In this document: piece by piece, positions 9,883-19,644 of the stretch
How positions within the stretch are numbered: the first letter of the stretch is position 1
Layout: the number at the start of each line of letters is the position of its first letter
Assembly: GCA_964400675.1 (NCBI GenBank)
Contig: CAYNVO010000004.1
Span: forward strand, 77,723 to 141,722
Origin: an uncultured Dehalococcoidales bacterium
GTDB taxonomy: Bacteria > Chloroflexota > Dehalococcoidia > GIF9 > UBA5629
DNA length: 64,000 nucleotides
Direction: 5' to 3'
Position numbers and translations under genes: made by a program
The notes under the pieces: generated by a model
The model's input: the letters and a program-made list of their open reading frames with translations, nothing else
The model's database searches: none
Told to the model about the DNA's origin: nothing

Positions 9883-10737
9883 CTAAATTAATTCTGCTCG
9901 ACTTAACAGAGGCTGAGGGTCTAATGTGTGCCTGCGAAGCCACTTCTTAAATGATGGAATTTGAAAGGATATGCCCATTAACTCGGTCACATAAAGTATG
10001 GGGATATGGTACTCCTTGCCGGTTTCCCTTGAGATTTCCTTCTGTGTACTATCCAGATTTGTCATACACATAGGACAGCTAACGGCGATGCAATCAGCAC
10101 CCGCCTCTGTGGCCATGTCCAGTATCCTCTGCACCAGTTTCCAGGCCACATCCGGGCGTGTGAGGAGCAGACTGCCGCCGCAACAATCAGTCTTGTATGA
10201 CCATTTCTTGACGTTGGCACCAAGGGTCTTGAGCACGTTGTCCATGCTTTGGGGGTCCTCTGGATTTCTGGCGTCAGTTACCCGTGGTGGCCTGGATGTC
10301 AGACAGCCATAGTAGCAAACCGGGCTCAAAGTGCTCAGGCTTTTTTTAGCCTTTGCGCTAATTAATTGCTCGCCCACATTTTCCCAGAAGAAATCGGAGA
10401 TGTGCTTGATCTGGATGCCTCCCTGTAACTTCTTCGAAACTTCTTCTACTTTTTCCCCGGCTGCGAGCTCTTTTTCGGCGACTTTCAATCGCTGGTAACA
10501 GGCTGCACAGGGGACTACCAGGTCCATTCCTGCGCTGGCAGCAATCTCGAGGTTTCGTGCGGCGAGAGATACAGCCAGCATGTCGTTGCTTGCATGGGCT
10601 GAAGAAGACCCGCAGCAGCTCCAGTCCTCCAACTCTTCCAGTTCAACTCCCAACTCCCGGCATACCATCTCAACGGATTCACCGTATTCTCTAGCAGTGC
10701 CGTCAAGAGAACACCCAGGATAGTAAGAGACTTTCAT
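9883..10737 (-). CDS. hdrB: Heterodisulfide reductase subunit B (CCG domains)
   Basis: YYPGC, WSCCG, PCAAC, YYGC, DCCGG, CPMC. Confidence 0.93.
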   Translation of the reverse strand: MKVSYYPGCSLDGTAREYGESVEMVCRELGVELEELEDWSCCGSSSAHASNDMLAVSLAARNLEIAASAGMDLVVPCAACYQRLKVAEKELAAGEKVEEVSKKLQGGIQIKHISDFFWENVGEQLISAKAKKSLSTLSPVCYYGCLTSRPPRVTDARNPEDPQSMDNVLKTLGANVKKWSYKTDCCGGSLLLTRPDVAWKLVQRILDMATEAGADCIAVSCPMCMTNLDSTQKEISRETGKEYHIPILYVTELMGISFQIPSFKKWLRRHTLDPQPLLSRAELI

Positions 10738-10740
10738 GGC

Positions 10741-11313
10741 TTACCCTCGTTTCTCCGCCTTCTTGAACAAAGATTTCACCTGCCCCAGCCCCCTGACTCG
10801 ACTTGGTATTGGTTTAATTTTGCCTTTAAGGAACATCCCCAGTCCTTTGCTGGCTTGCTTTATTAGCCCGGCGGGCCCCTCAGCTTTCAGATAATAGGTG
10901 AGAGCCATTTCCATCTCGGCTACACGCCCGTGCCTGCGTATTGAGGAAAGGAATGCTGAGTGGAAGACGGGGATATTATGCTGTGATGTTTTATTTCCTT
11001 TGCGCTGTGCCATCTGCCTGAGTGTATCCATAATATGGGCAATGTCGATGCCGTTAGGGCATCTGGTGGTACATGTCTCGCAAGAAGCACAGACCCAGAT
11101 AGTGTCGCTACTCAGGACCTCGTCTTTTAGACCCATGTGGACTGAGCGGATAAGCTTATGGGGGACTATGTCCATGGCGAATGTGACCGGGCAGCCGTTG
11201 GTGCATTTTTCACATTGAAAACAGGCAGAGACCTTTTCTCCGCTTAGCTCCTCGACTTCCTTGCGAAACTTAGAATCAGGTTTGACTGGTTGAGGTAATT
11301 GTGCAATCACCAT
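10741..11313 (-). CDS. hdrC: Heterodisulfide reductase subunit C
   Basis: CFQCEKCTNGCP and WVCASCETCTTRCP. Confidence 0.93.
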   Translation of the reverse strand: MVIAQLPQPVKPDSKFRKEVEELSGEKVSACFQCEKCTNGCPVTFAMDIVPHKLIRSVHMGLKDEVLSSDTIWVCASCETCTTRCPNGIDIAHIMDTLRQMAQRKGNKTSQHNIPVFHSAFLSSIRRHGRVAEMEMALTYYLKAEGPAGLIKQASKGLGMFLKGKIKPIPSRVRGLGQVKSLFKKAEKRG

Positions 11314-11830
11314 ATATCTATATTCCTCTGCGGTTTATGTCAGCCTATCTAATGTGGAAGTAGTGCCAACCTCGAATCTCAGATGTTTACCTTTGAACAC
11401 ACATAATTATACATAAACGCACTCTAAATATATGAACATGAGTCCCCCGAAGAATGCGTACTTAAGCCGAGCCAACCAACAGCAAATTGTACATCTTTAC
11501 CACAGAACAGGTCAAACAGTTTTTAGCAGGTAGTGAGACACTCGAGTTCGGGGGAGTACCGGTTTTGACGCAACACGACGAGCATGTCGGGGGAAGAGGT
11601 TTTAAAGAGGGGCGAAACATATCTTTGGTCTTTAGTCTATGCTCCTCGTTACAATAGCCAGGGGAATAGGAAGTTTATGGCAACTTACCTCTTTTCATTA
11701 GCACCTTGCTTTTATGCTAACTGAGGTTATCTCGCTCGATGATTAGGATGTCAGAACCGTGGTTGCTTCGTTTCATCACCGCCTTAACAATGTCTTAATA
11801 TTTCCATGTTAGAGTGATATTTGCTAAACT

Positions 11831-13768
11831 GTGTGGAAAAACGTGGACAGAATAGTTAATAGATTAGTTACCATTATTTGCATATCTGCCCTCTTTGTTT
11901 CGGGTATTAGCTGCGCCTCAAAACCAAACTCGCCGGAAACAGCCAAGCAGGTTGCTACTGTTCAGCAAGGCAATCTTACAGTGTCTGTCTCGGTGGACGG
12001 CAGTCTGGTCATGCCCCAGGCGTTTAATTTGCTCTTCGGTGCCCCGGGCGATGTCAATGACGTGCTGGTGGAAGAGGGGGATTTCGTCAGGGAAGGGACA
12101 GTACTGGCATGGCTGGATAACACGACGCAGCGATTGGATGTGCAATCCTCCAATAACAGTGTGCAGACGGTTTTAAGCAACCTTTATCAGACCGTGCCGC
12201 TGCTGCCCCAGTTTCCGGATCAACTTTATGCTAGCACTACAACTCCTCCTGAGACCACTACTGTTTGGGGTCGTGTTCCGCTTCCACTTCCAGTGCCTCC
12301 TGGATACTGGGGTTTAGTGCCTAGTGGGACCGTTACCACGCCTGGCAAGACTACTATTAAACCTATACCTAATACACTCTTTTCAGGTGTTGGCTATCCA
12401 TCTTATTACCCCAATGCCACGGCTCTGTCGTCCTTTACATGGGCGCAGGATGAGATTATCCGGGCGCGTGAACTGTTGAAGGCAGATAACTATGCTGAGG
12501 CTGCATCTGAGTTGTATGTGGCTGTAGCCGACCTGGAAGCCTGTATACAAATACTTGAGGATACCATAAATAATCCAAAGTCGGGTCTGGGCAACACGGC
12601 GCAGTTTGTGCCCGATGATGAAGCTGGCATAATTGCTTTGCAGCTCCAGGCAGACCTGTCGTTCGCTGTATCTTATATCTTGGAGCTGCGCAAGGCGGTT
12701 GAACTGATAAAGCAGGGGCAGGCGGATATGGAAACGGTCAGGGGATTGATTGCCCAGGAGAAATATGAGGAAGCGAATGCCATGTTCGCCCCGCTTTTCA
12801 AGCGTACAAACGACATCGGCAAAGCAGTAGTCAACAATATCAACGTGATAAAAACGCACAACTATACTAGCGTTTACGGCGAAGACATAAGCCTGTATTT
12901 TTATGAAGCTGCAGAGGAAAAATTGAATGCGGCGCTTAAAGGCATAGAAAAGGATGGTCTGGACTCGCCTGAACTGCGTGACAACCTGCGTATCGCTCAA
13001 CACTATATGCAAATCTGCAACAGCATTTTAGGCAGCAACTACTATGTATTGCAGCATGGACTCTCCCTGCAAGACGAGCAGCAGTACAAGGTTGACCTGG
13101 CAAAGGCCTCAGTCACACTCGGGAACTCCAAGGACAACTTTCTCAAGACGGCGATACTGGCTCCTTTTGATGGCACGGTGGTCAGCGTAGGCGTCAAGAA
13201 AAATGACGTACTTTCTGCCGTCGACTACGCGTCCAAGGTTGCCGTACAACTTGTAGATACCAGCCAGATTAAGTTTCAGGGCTCGGTTGATGAGATAGAC
13301 ATTTTAAAAATAAAGGCGGGGCAAAAAGCCAGTATCACCGTGGATGCCGTGCCCAATACAACTTTTACGGGCACGGTTTCGTTCATTTCGCCCTATGGCA
13401 CGCCTGACGCTAATAATGTTGTTAAATTTCCGGTAACCATAAAGCTTGACCCCACTGACGTAGCGCTCAAGGGCAGCCTTACCGCCACGGCTGATATTTC
13501 TGTATACAGTGTGGAAAATGTGTTGCTGGTGCCTTTGTCGGCAGTTACCACCATCTCTGCTGGGTCTTTTGTCACAGTAATTGATGAAGCGACAGGCAAG
13601 ACGGAAGAAAGACAGGTTACCTTCGGTGGTAAAAACTTGCAGTTTGCCGAGGTATTATCAGGCTTAAGGGAGGGAGATAAAGTAATCGTCGAAGAGAAGA
13701 TAACAGGGGCACCTATAATAACTGGTTTTCCAACACGGTCTTCTGGAAGTCCGCCGCCGAGCAGATAG
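11831..13768 (+). CDS. MacA/HlyD-like adaptor (membrane fusion) lipoprotein with a long helical insertion
   Basis: Lipobox-like GISC, lipoyl halves (V.EGDFV.EG; APFDGTVV), VDEIDI..IK.GQ beta-barrel, EVLSGL.EGD end. Confidence 0.8.
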   Translation: MWKNVDRIVNRLVTIICISALFVSGISCASKPNSPETAKQVATVQQGNLTVSVSVDGSLVMPQAFNLLFGAPGDVNDVLVEEGDFVREGTVLAWLDNTTQRLDVQSSNNSVQTVLSNLYQTVPLLPQFPDQLYASTTTPPETTTVWGRVPLPLPVPPGYWGLVPSGTVTTPGKTTIKPIPNTLFSGVGYPSYYPNATALSSFTWAQDEIIRARELLKADNYAEAASELYVAVADLEACIQILEDTINNPKSGLGNTAQFVPDDEAGIIALQLQADLSFAVSYILELRKAVELIKQGQADMETVRGLIAQEKYEEANAMFAPLFKRTNDIGKAVVNNINVIKTHNYTSVYGEDISLYFYEAAEEKLNAALKGIEKDGLDSPELRDNLRIAQHYMQICNSILGSNYYVLQHGLSLQDEQQYKVDLAKASVTLGNSKDNFLKTAILAPFDGTVVSVGVKKNDVLSAVDYASKVAVQLVDTSQIKFQGSVDEIDILKIKAGQKASITVDAVPNTTFTGTVSFISPYGTPDANNVVKFPVTIKLDPTDVALKGSLTATADISVYSVENVLLVPLSAVTTISAGSFVTVIDEATGKTEERQVTFGGKNLQFAEVLSGLREGDKVIVEEKITGAPIITGFPTRSSGSPPPSR

Positions 13769-13769
13769 T

Positions 13770-15476
13770 ATGATGGGAAAAAGGCTGATAACTGTATTTG
13801 TAACAACTATGGGTTTGCTCTCCCTGTTGTTGGGTGGCTGCAGTAAAGCCGCGACAACACCCGGGCAGATTTTTGAGGTGACAAGGGGAGACCTCGATGT
13901 CATAGTGTCTGCCGATGGTAATCTGACGATGCCCGATGAGTTCGACCTGCGTTTTGGGACCAATGGGCAGGTCGATGAAATACTGGTGGAAGAAGGCGAC
14001 AAGGTCAATCAGGGTGCACTTCTGGCTAAGCTTGACAGCTCAGCCCAGATGAATGCAATTAAGACAGCACTGTTTAGCATACAGACGGCGCAAAACACCA
14101 TCGCATTTGGCTGTGGCACCGACCACCTTCCTTACAATTACCCGGATTTAAGCGTACCACGCATATTTGATGAGGCACAAAAAGATTTGAATAGAGCCGT
14201 TAGCTATTTCAAGCAGGGAAACTACAAGGACGCCGGGTATTATTTAATTATGGCTTATTTCGACGTCGAAGTTGGCGAAAATCTGATTAAATCCAAACCC
14301 AATGCCGCCGTGTTAGCCGGAGCTAAGATAAATTCAACTTACTATCCCGACCCTTATGCGGGCACCTCCGTAACTGCGCTGCCCAGTGATGAGAATGATA
14401 AGATGGTGGTTAAATACCTGCAGAGTTATCGGCAGAAGCTGCTGGATATCAGCAATAGCATGAAACTCGGGGATTATGAAAAAGTTGCACGTGAACTCGA
14501 TGCTGCCCAGCAGGAAATGTTAACCGCTTACCAGCTAGCCAAGAGCACGATATCTATCAAGAGCAGGTTCGTTTTTGAGTTCGCCGACACCCCCACCAGC
14601 GTTGCCTTTCTGCAATCGTCTCTGCGTGCATTGCAGGAGCTGGAGGATTATCTGGCACAGAATGATGCTCAAGCGATAGAGGCTGCCAAGCAGCTGTATA
14701 TCGCCAAGCTTAACCTGCTTGTTGGGCGAGATGTACTGGAAAATCAGACGCTGATTTTTGAGAGTGGAGGCGGTATCAACTGGAAGACATTGCAGCAATA
14801 CAACCTTAGCCTGCAAAGCGCCGAAATAGCTTTGTACAAGGCAAAGCAGGATATCATGAAGACAGCTATCATAGCCCCTTCCGACGGTACTGTGGTCAGT
14901 GTAGACCTTAAAAAATCCTCTGTCCTTTCTGCGCAGGACTATTCATCCAAGACAGCCATCAAGCTTGTCGATACCGGCTCGATAAGATTCCAGGGACTTG
15001 TTGATGAAATCGACATTATGAAAGTCCAACCCGGACAAAAAGCTAAAATCACCGTGGATGCGATACCGAACAAGGTATTTACCGGAATGGTGAAATTTAT
15101 CTCTCCCTTTGGTACGCAGTCCGGTAATGTTATTAAATTTGCTGTTACAGTTGACCTGGACTCATATGATGCAGAACTCAGGGGTGGCTTAACCGCCACT
15201 GCCGATATAGACATATACAACGCTAAGAACGTATTGCTGGTGCCAGTATCTGTAATTGTAAATACACCTTCGGGACATGTGATAGCAGTTGTTAACGAGG
15301 CTACTGGACAGCCCGAATTCAGGAAGGTTACTTTAGGGCAACAGACCTTCCAGTATGCTGAGGTGCTATCGGGGTTAAATGAAGGAGATAAAGTAACAGT
15401 TTCGGAATATGTACCCGGCACCAGTACATCGGGCCAGGGGACTCCGCGCGGAGCCCCCGGCGTTCCAATTCACTAA
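13770..15476 (+). CDS. Second MacA/HlyD-like adaptor lipoprotein (paralog)
   Basis: LLGGC lipobox and the same motif order as the upstream gene. Confidence 0.8.
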   Translation: MMGKRLITVFVTTMGLLSLLLGGCSKAATTPGQIFEVTRGDLDVIVSADGNLTMPDEFDLRFGTNGQVDEILVEEGDKVNQGALLAKLDSSAQMNAIKTALFSIQTAQNTIAFGCGTDHLPYNYPDLSVPRIFDEAQKDLNRAVSYFKQGNYKDAGYYLIMAYFDVEVGENLIKSKPNAAVLAGAKINSTYYPDPYAGTSVTALPSDENDKMVVKYLQSYRQKLLDISNSMKLGDYEKVARELDAAQQEMLTAYQLAKSTISIKSRFVFEFADTPTSVAFLQSSLRALQELEDYLAQNDAQAIEAAKQLYIAKLNLLVGRDVLENQTLIFESGGGINWKTLQQYNLSLQSAEIALYKAKQDIMKTAIIAPSDGTVVSVDLKKSSVLSAQDYSSKTAIKLVDTGSIRFQGLVDEIDIMKVQPGQKAKITVDAIPNKVFTGMVKFISPFGTQSGNVIKFAVTVDLDSYDAELRGGLTATADIDIYNAKNVLLVPVSVIVNTPSGHVIAVVNEATGQPEFRKVTLGQQTFQYAEVLSGLNEGDKVTVSEYVPGTSTSGQGTPRGAPGVPIH

Positions 15477-15525
15477 TAGGGCGGCCCTGTGCATGACATA
15501 ATCTTTATAAATTTGGTGTCAACGA

Positions 15526-16194
15526 ATGATTGAACTGAACAATGTAACCAAGATATACGACTTAGGCGAGATAAAGGTGAATGCCCTGGATAACGTCTCT
15601 TTTCGCTGTGAAAAAGGTGAGGTGGTTTCCATCATGGGCCCATCCGGTTCCGGGAAGTCTACGCTATTGAATATACTTGGCTGTCTTGACAAGCCGACCA
15701 GTGGCAAATACTCGCTGGAAGGGCAGGATGTATCCAGACTTACTGATAATCAACTGGCAGTGATACGAAACAGGAAATTGGGCTTTGTTTTCCAGTCTTA
15801 CAATCTCTTGCCGAAAATAACTGCGCTGGAGAATGTGGAATTGCCGATGGTATATGCTGGTCAGGGGCACAGGAGGGAGAGCGCCCTTGCGGCGCTGGAA
15901 TCGGTCGGCATTGGCAATAGGGCACGTCATCACCCCAGCGAGATGTCCGGTGGCGAGCAGCAGAGGGTGGCAATCGCCCGTTGCTTGGTAAATAATCCTC
16001 TGGTAATACTCGCTGATGAACCAACGGGTAATCTGGATACTCACTCGAGCCAGAATATCATGTCCATTTTGCTTGAGCAGAGCAATAAAGGCATAACCAT
16101 AATCGTGGTGACTCATGAAGAAGACATAGCGGCATATACTCAGAGGACTATATATCTCAGGGATGGGAATATAGTCGAGGAAAAAAAGCGATGA
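15526..16194 (+). CDS. MacB/LolD-family ABC ATPase
   Basis: [33 protein letters not shown]. Confidence 0.93.
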   Translation: MIELNNVTKIYDLGEIKVNALDNVSFRCEKGEVVSIMGPSGSGKSTLLNILGCLDKPTSGKYSLEGQDVSRLTDNQLAVIRNRKLGFVFQSYNLLPKITALENVELPMVYAGQGHRRESALAALESVGIGNRARHHPSEMSGGEQQRVAIARCLVNNPLVILADEPTGNLDTHSSQNIMSILLEQSNKGITIIVVTHEEDIAAYTQRTIYLRDGNIVEEKKR

Positions 16195-17396
16195 ACATAT
16201 GGGAGAGCGTGAGGACAGCCTGGAAATCCATATTTTCCAATAAGCTGCGGTCTTCTCTCACCATGCTGGGCATCATAATCGGTGTAAGTGCCGTGGTGCT
16301 GATGGTGGCTCTGGGTACGGGGTTTCAGGTCAGTATGCAGCAAACTTTCGAGAACTTGGGGGCTAGCGCTCTTTATGTATATAGCTCGACAGATAAGACG
16401 GTAAAAACTTTGCGCCCGCTCACGATTGAGGATGCGCAAGCCCTGGAAAATAAAGCATTAGCTCCGGCAATAGCCGTGGTTTCACCGGCGCTCAACGCAG
16501 GCGTAAGCGCGTCTTACGGTAACAACAATGTGAATGTGCAGGCTACTGGCGTCACTCCGATGATAACACAAATAAAGAGTTATAACCTTGAAGGAGGTAG
16601 ATTCATATCTGACCAGGATGTGACAGCAAGAGAGAACGTGGTGGTGCTTGGCTACCAGACAGTTTTGGACTTATTTGGCAGCCAGGCCCCTCTGGGTCAG
16701 AGCATACGTATTGGAGGCATGAAATTCCAGGTCGTCGGATTTATTGAAAAAATGGGCGGTTTTGCCGGGGATAGCTATATACTGATGCCTCTTACCACCA
16801 TGCAGTCCAAAATATCTGGCGGCAGCAGTATCCAACAGATTGCAGTAAAGGCAGTCAGCCCCGATAAGGTGGATGCTGCTATTGCGCAAATAACTGCAAT
16901 AATGCGAGCCCGGCATTATATCGCTCCGGGGGCTGCGGATGATTTCCAGATTAGAGACATGCGCGAGGTACTGGAAAGCATGCAAGACCAGCTGGCTGCA
17001 TTCTCGTTTTTCCTGAGCAGCGTCGGCGCCATATCACTGATTGTTGGTGGCATCGGCATCATGAATATCATGCTGGTTTCAGTAACGGAGCGCACACGGG
17101 AAATCGGCATACGTAAAGCTATCGGTGCAAAAAGGCGTGATATTTTAGTCCAATTCCTCATTGAAGCGGCGACTTTGAGTCTATCCGGCGGCTTGGTCGG
17201 CCTGCTACTGGCACTACTTCTATCGATGGGTATGCAAAATGTGCCTATGGGGAACTTGACTATCGCGGCTAAAATTTCGGTGGGTGTCGTTATCCTGGCG
17301 CTTACTGTATCAATTGGAATTGGCGTTATTTCTGGTACCTACCCTGCCTTCAGGGCTGCCAAGCTGGATCCCATAGAATCTCTACGGCATGAATAG
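16191..17396 (+). CDS. MacB/FtsX-family ABC permease
   Basis: NKLRSSLTMLGIIIGV; GGIGIMNIMLVSVTERTREIGIRKAIGA; PA.RAAKLDPIESLR. Confidence 0.93.
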   Translation: MNIWESVRTAWKSIFSNKLRSSLTMLGIIIGVSAVVLMVALGTGFQVSMQQTFENLGASALYVYSSTDKTVKTLRPLTIEDAQALENKALAPAIAVVSPALNAGVSASYGNNNVNVQATGVTPMITQIKSYNLEGGRFISDQDVTARENVVVLGYQTVLDLFGSQAPLGQSIRIGGMKFQVVGFIEKMGGFAGDSYILMPLTTMQSKISGGSSIQQIAVKAVSPDKVDAAIAQITAIMRARHYIAPGAADDFQIRDMREVLESMQDQLAAFSFFLSSVGAISLIVGGIGIMNIMLVSVTERTREIGIRKAIGAKRRDILVQFLIEAATLSLSGGLVGLLLALLLSMGMQNVPMGNLTIAAKISVGVVILALTVSIGIGVISGTYPAFRAAKLDPIESLRHE

Positions 17397-17517
17397 AACT
17401 TGTCTGCAGATGTCATGCTTTGCAATCCTTATACCCCTCTGGTTTATGATATCCTTGCACCGAATATGCGACTGTGCTAGGATTTCATACACAAAATAGA
17501 ACGAAAAGGAGGTTCAC

Positions 17518-18291
17518 ATGAAACTGGAGGACATCAAGACTGTTGGTGTTGTAGGTGGAGGAGTAATGGGAGGCGGGATCTCTCAAGTATCGATACTTGC
17601 CGGTTACAAGGTTATCACTCGCGATTTAAATGAAGAGATTCTTGCCAAAACAAAAGACGGCATGGTCAACGGGCGGTTCGGATTCAAGGGCGCAGTTGAA
17701 CGTGGGAAAATAACCCAGGAGCAAGTGGACAAGGCACTTGCTAACTTGACGCTGACTACAAAAGTGGAAGACCTTAAAGACGTGGATATACTTATCGAGG
17801 CAATTGGTGGAGGAGGTAGTGCGGAACTCGAGAACAAGGACCTTAAACTTAAGGTATTTAAGGAGCTGGACAATATCGTCAAGAAAGAGGCAATTTTTGC
17901 CAGCAATACCTCGTTTTTTACAATCCGTGATATAGCAGCTGTAACCAACCGTAAAGATAGATTCTGTGGCATGCACTTCTTTAGCCCGGTAAGTGTTATG
18001 AAGGTAGTAGAAGTCGTATGGACTCCTGAAGCTTCAAAAGAAATAATCGATACTGCGGTAGGATTTTGTCAAAAAGTCGGCAAAGTCCCGGTTCGTGTCA
18101 AAGACGTACCCGGCGATACCGGCTTCATAGGAAATCGCATCTATTTTGCTGCGGTGAGAGAAGCGCAGAAGGTACTTAAAGAGGGGATCGTAGAAAAGCC
18201 AGAAGATATCGATGCAGTCATGACTATGGGTTTCAACTGGCCCATAGGGCCCATGATGATGGGAGGCGGAGCTCGGTCTGGCTGGAAGTAA
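17518..18291 (+). CDS. 3-hydroxyacyl-CoA dehydrogenase
   Basis: GGGVMGGG, ASNTS, GMHFFSP, GFIGNR, P.GP. Confidence 0.9.
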   Translation: MKLEDIKTVGVVGGGVMGGGISQVSILAGYKVITRDLNEEILAKTKDGMVNGRFGFKGAVERGKITQEQVDKALANLTLTTKVEDLKDVDILIEAIGGGGSAELENKDLKLKVFKELDNIVKKEAIFASNTSFFTIRDIAAVTNRKDRFCGMHFFSPVSVMKVVEVVWTPEASKEIIDTAVGFCQKVGKVPVRVKDVPGDTGFIGNRIYFAAVREAQKVLKEGIVEKPEDIDAVMTMGFNWPIGPMMMGGGARSGWK

Positions 18292-18335
18292 GCCAAATAA
18301 AAGCAGGGATATTGGCTAAATCTAAATCATAATTC

Positions 18336-18377
18336 AAAATAGAAAGCTGGGTATTTAAATGCCCAGCTTTCTATTTT
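18336..18377. terminator. Bidirectional intrinsic terminator
   Basis: AAAATAGAAAGCTGGGTAT-TTAA-ATGCCCAGCTTTCTATTTT between convergent genes. Confidence 0.8.
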
Positions 18378-18406
18378 AGATTCTGTTTTTAGATTCTGTT
18401 AGGTAT

Positions 18407-18547
18407 TTAGCTCTTGCCGATGCGGAACATCTTGGTGCCGCACTTCGGGCAAGTGCCCTGTGTGGCTGGCTTACCATTCTTCATTTTGATGGCCTTCGGA
18501 TTGCTCATTTCCCTTTTAGTGCGGCATTTCATACAGTACGCTTGCAT
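18407..18547 (-). CDS. 46-aa basic zinc-ribbon protein (DUF5679-like); not in the ORF track
   Basis: MQAYCMKCRTKREMSNPKAIKMKNGKPATQGTCPKCGTKMFRIGKS; AAGGAGG RBS. Confidence 0.85.
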   Translation of the reverse strand: MQAYCMKCRTKREMSNPKAIKMKNGKPATQGTCPKCGTKMFRIGKS

Positions 18548-18636
18548 CTGTGTACCTCCTTTTATTATTTATGAACGATAGAATATACCTAAAAGTTTAT
18601 ATTGTCAATAGAATTTCTGTGAATTGCAGCGGTATT

Positions 18637-19644
18637 TTAGCAAATTCGAGGCAAAAGTTCTCCGCTGAGCATGTCTACGATGCGGGATGTTCCCAGCCGG
18701 GTTCTCATTATCACCTTGCCTTTATGCTCATCGGTAACCTCGCCGATAATTGAGGCTTCGGTACCGTAGCGATTACGTTTTATCTTCGCCAGAATTCTCC
18801 CGGCATCGCTCGGAGTCACTATAGCTACCAGCTTGCCTTCGTTGGCAACGTAGAGCGGGTCGAAGCCCAGAAGCTCGCAGGCAGCGCGTACTCCGTCATG
18901 CACCGGTATCTTTCCCTCTTCTATTCTTATGCCTACCTTAGATTGCCTGGCAAGTTCGTTAAGTGTGGTGGCTAAGCCGCCTCTAGTCGGGTCACGCATA
19001 CAGTGGATTTGCGATGAGGCTCCCAGCATTTGTGATACCAGCTTGTTCAAGGGGGCACAGTCACTTTGAACGGGGACTGAGAATTTCAGCCCTTCGCGCT
19101 GGCTTATCACTGCGATGCCGTGGTCGCCGATTGCGCCGCTAAGTATGAGCTTGTCGCCCATCTTGGCGTTAGCTCCTGATATATCTATGCCTTCAGGGAC
19201 GATGCCTATACCGGAGGTGTTGATGAACAGCTTATCGGCGCTTCCCCGGTTCACCACCTTGGTATCGCCGGTAATTACCTTCACCCCAGCTTCTTCAGCG
19301 GCGGCTTTTATTGATTTAATTACCCTGGCTAGTTCGCTAAGAGTCAAGCCTTCTTCTATTATGAATGATAGGCTCAGGTATAGAGGCGTGGCACCGCTCA
19401 TGGCCAAATCGTTAATTGTGCCGCAGACAGCCAGCTTGCCGATATCGCCGCCGGGGAAGAAGATGGGACTGACCACGTAGCTATCGGTGGTGAAGGCAAG
19501 GCGGCCGCTGAAGTCTAAAACCGCCGAATCATCCAGCTTGGCAAGTAACGGATTAGCCAGAGATGGCAGGAAATTTTTTTCAATCAGCTCATGGCTGAGC
19601 CGGCTGCCGCTGCCGTGAGCCAGCAATATGGTTTCATCATTCAT
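18637..19644 (-). CDS. hypE: Hydrogenase maturation protein HypE
   Basis: FFPGGDIGKLAV, RDPTRGG, C-terminal LPRIC. Confidence 0.96.
   Translation of the reverse strand: MNDETILLAHGSGSRLSHELIEKNFLPSLANPLLAKLDDSAVLDFSGRLAFTTDSYVVSPIFFPGGDIGKLAVCGTINDLAMSGATPLYLSLSFIIEEGLTLSELARVIKSIKAAAEEAGVKVITGDTKVVNRGSADKLFINTSGIGIVPEGIDISGANAKMGDKLILSGAIGDHGIAVISQREGLKFSVPVQSDCAPLNKLVSQMLGASSQIHCMRDPTRGGLATTLNELARQSKVGIRIEEGKIPVHDGVRAACELLGFDPLYVANEGKLVAIVTPSDAGRILAKIKRNRYGTEASIIGEVTDEHKGKVIMRTRLGTSRIVDMLSGELLPRIC

Noticed and set aside
9875-9943. N-terminal extension of HdrA given by the ORF track
   Set aside because: It overlaps hdrB; an ATG at 9874 with an RBS-like sequence is more plausible.
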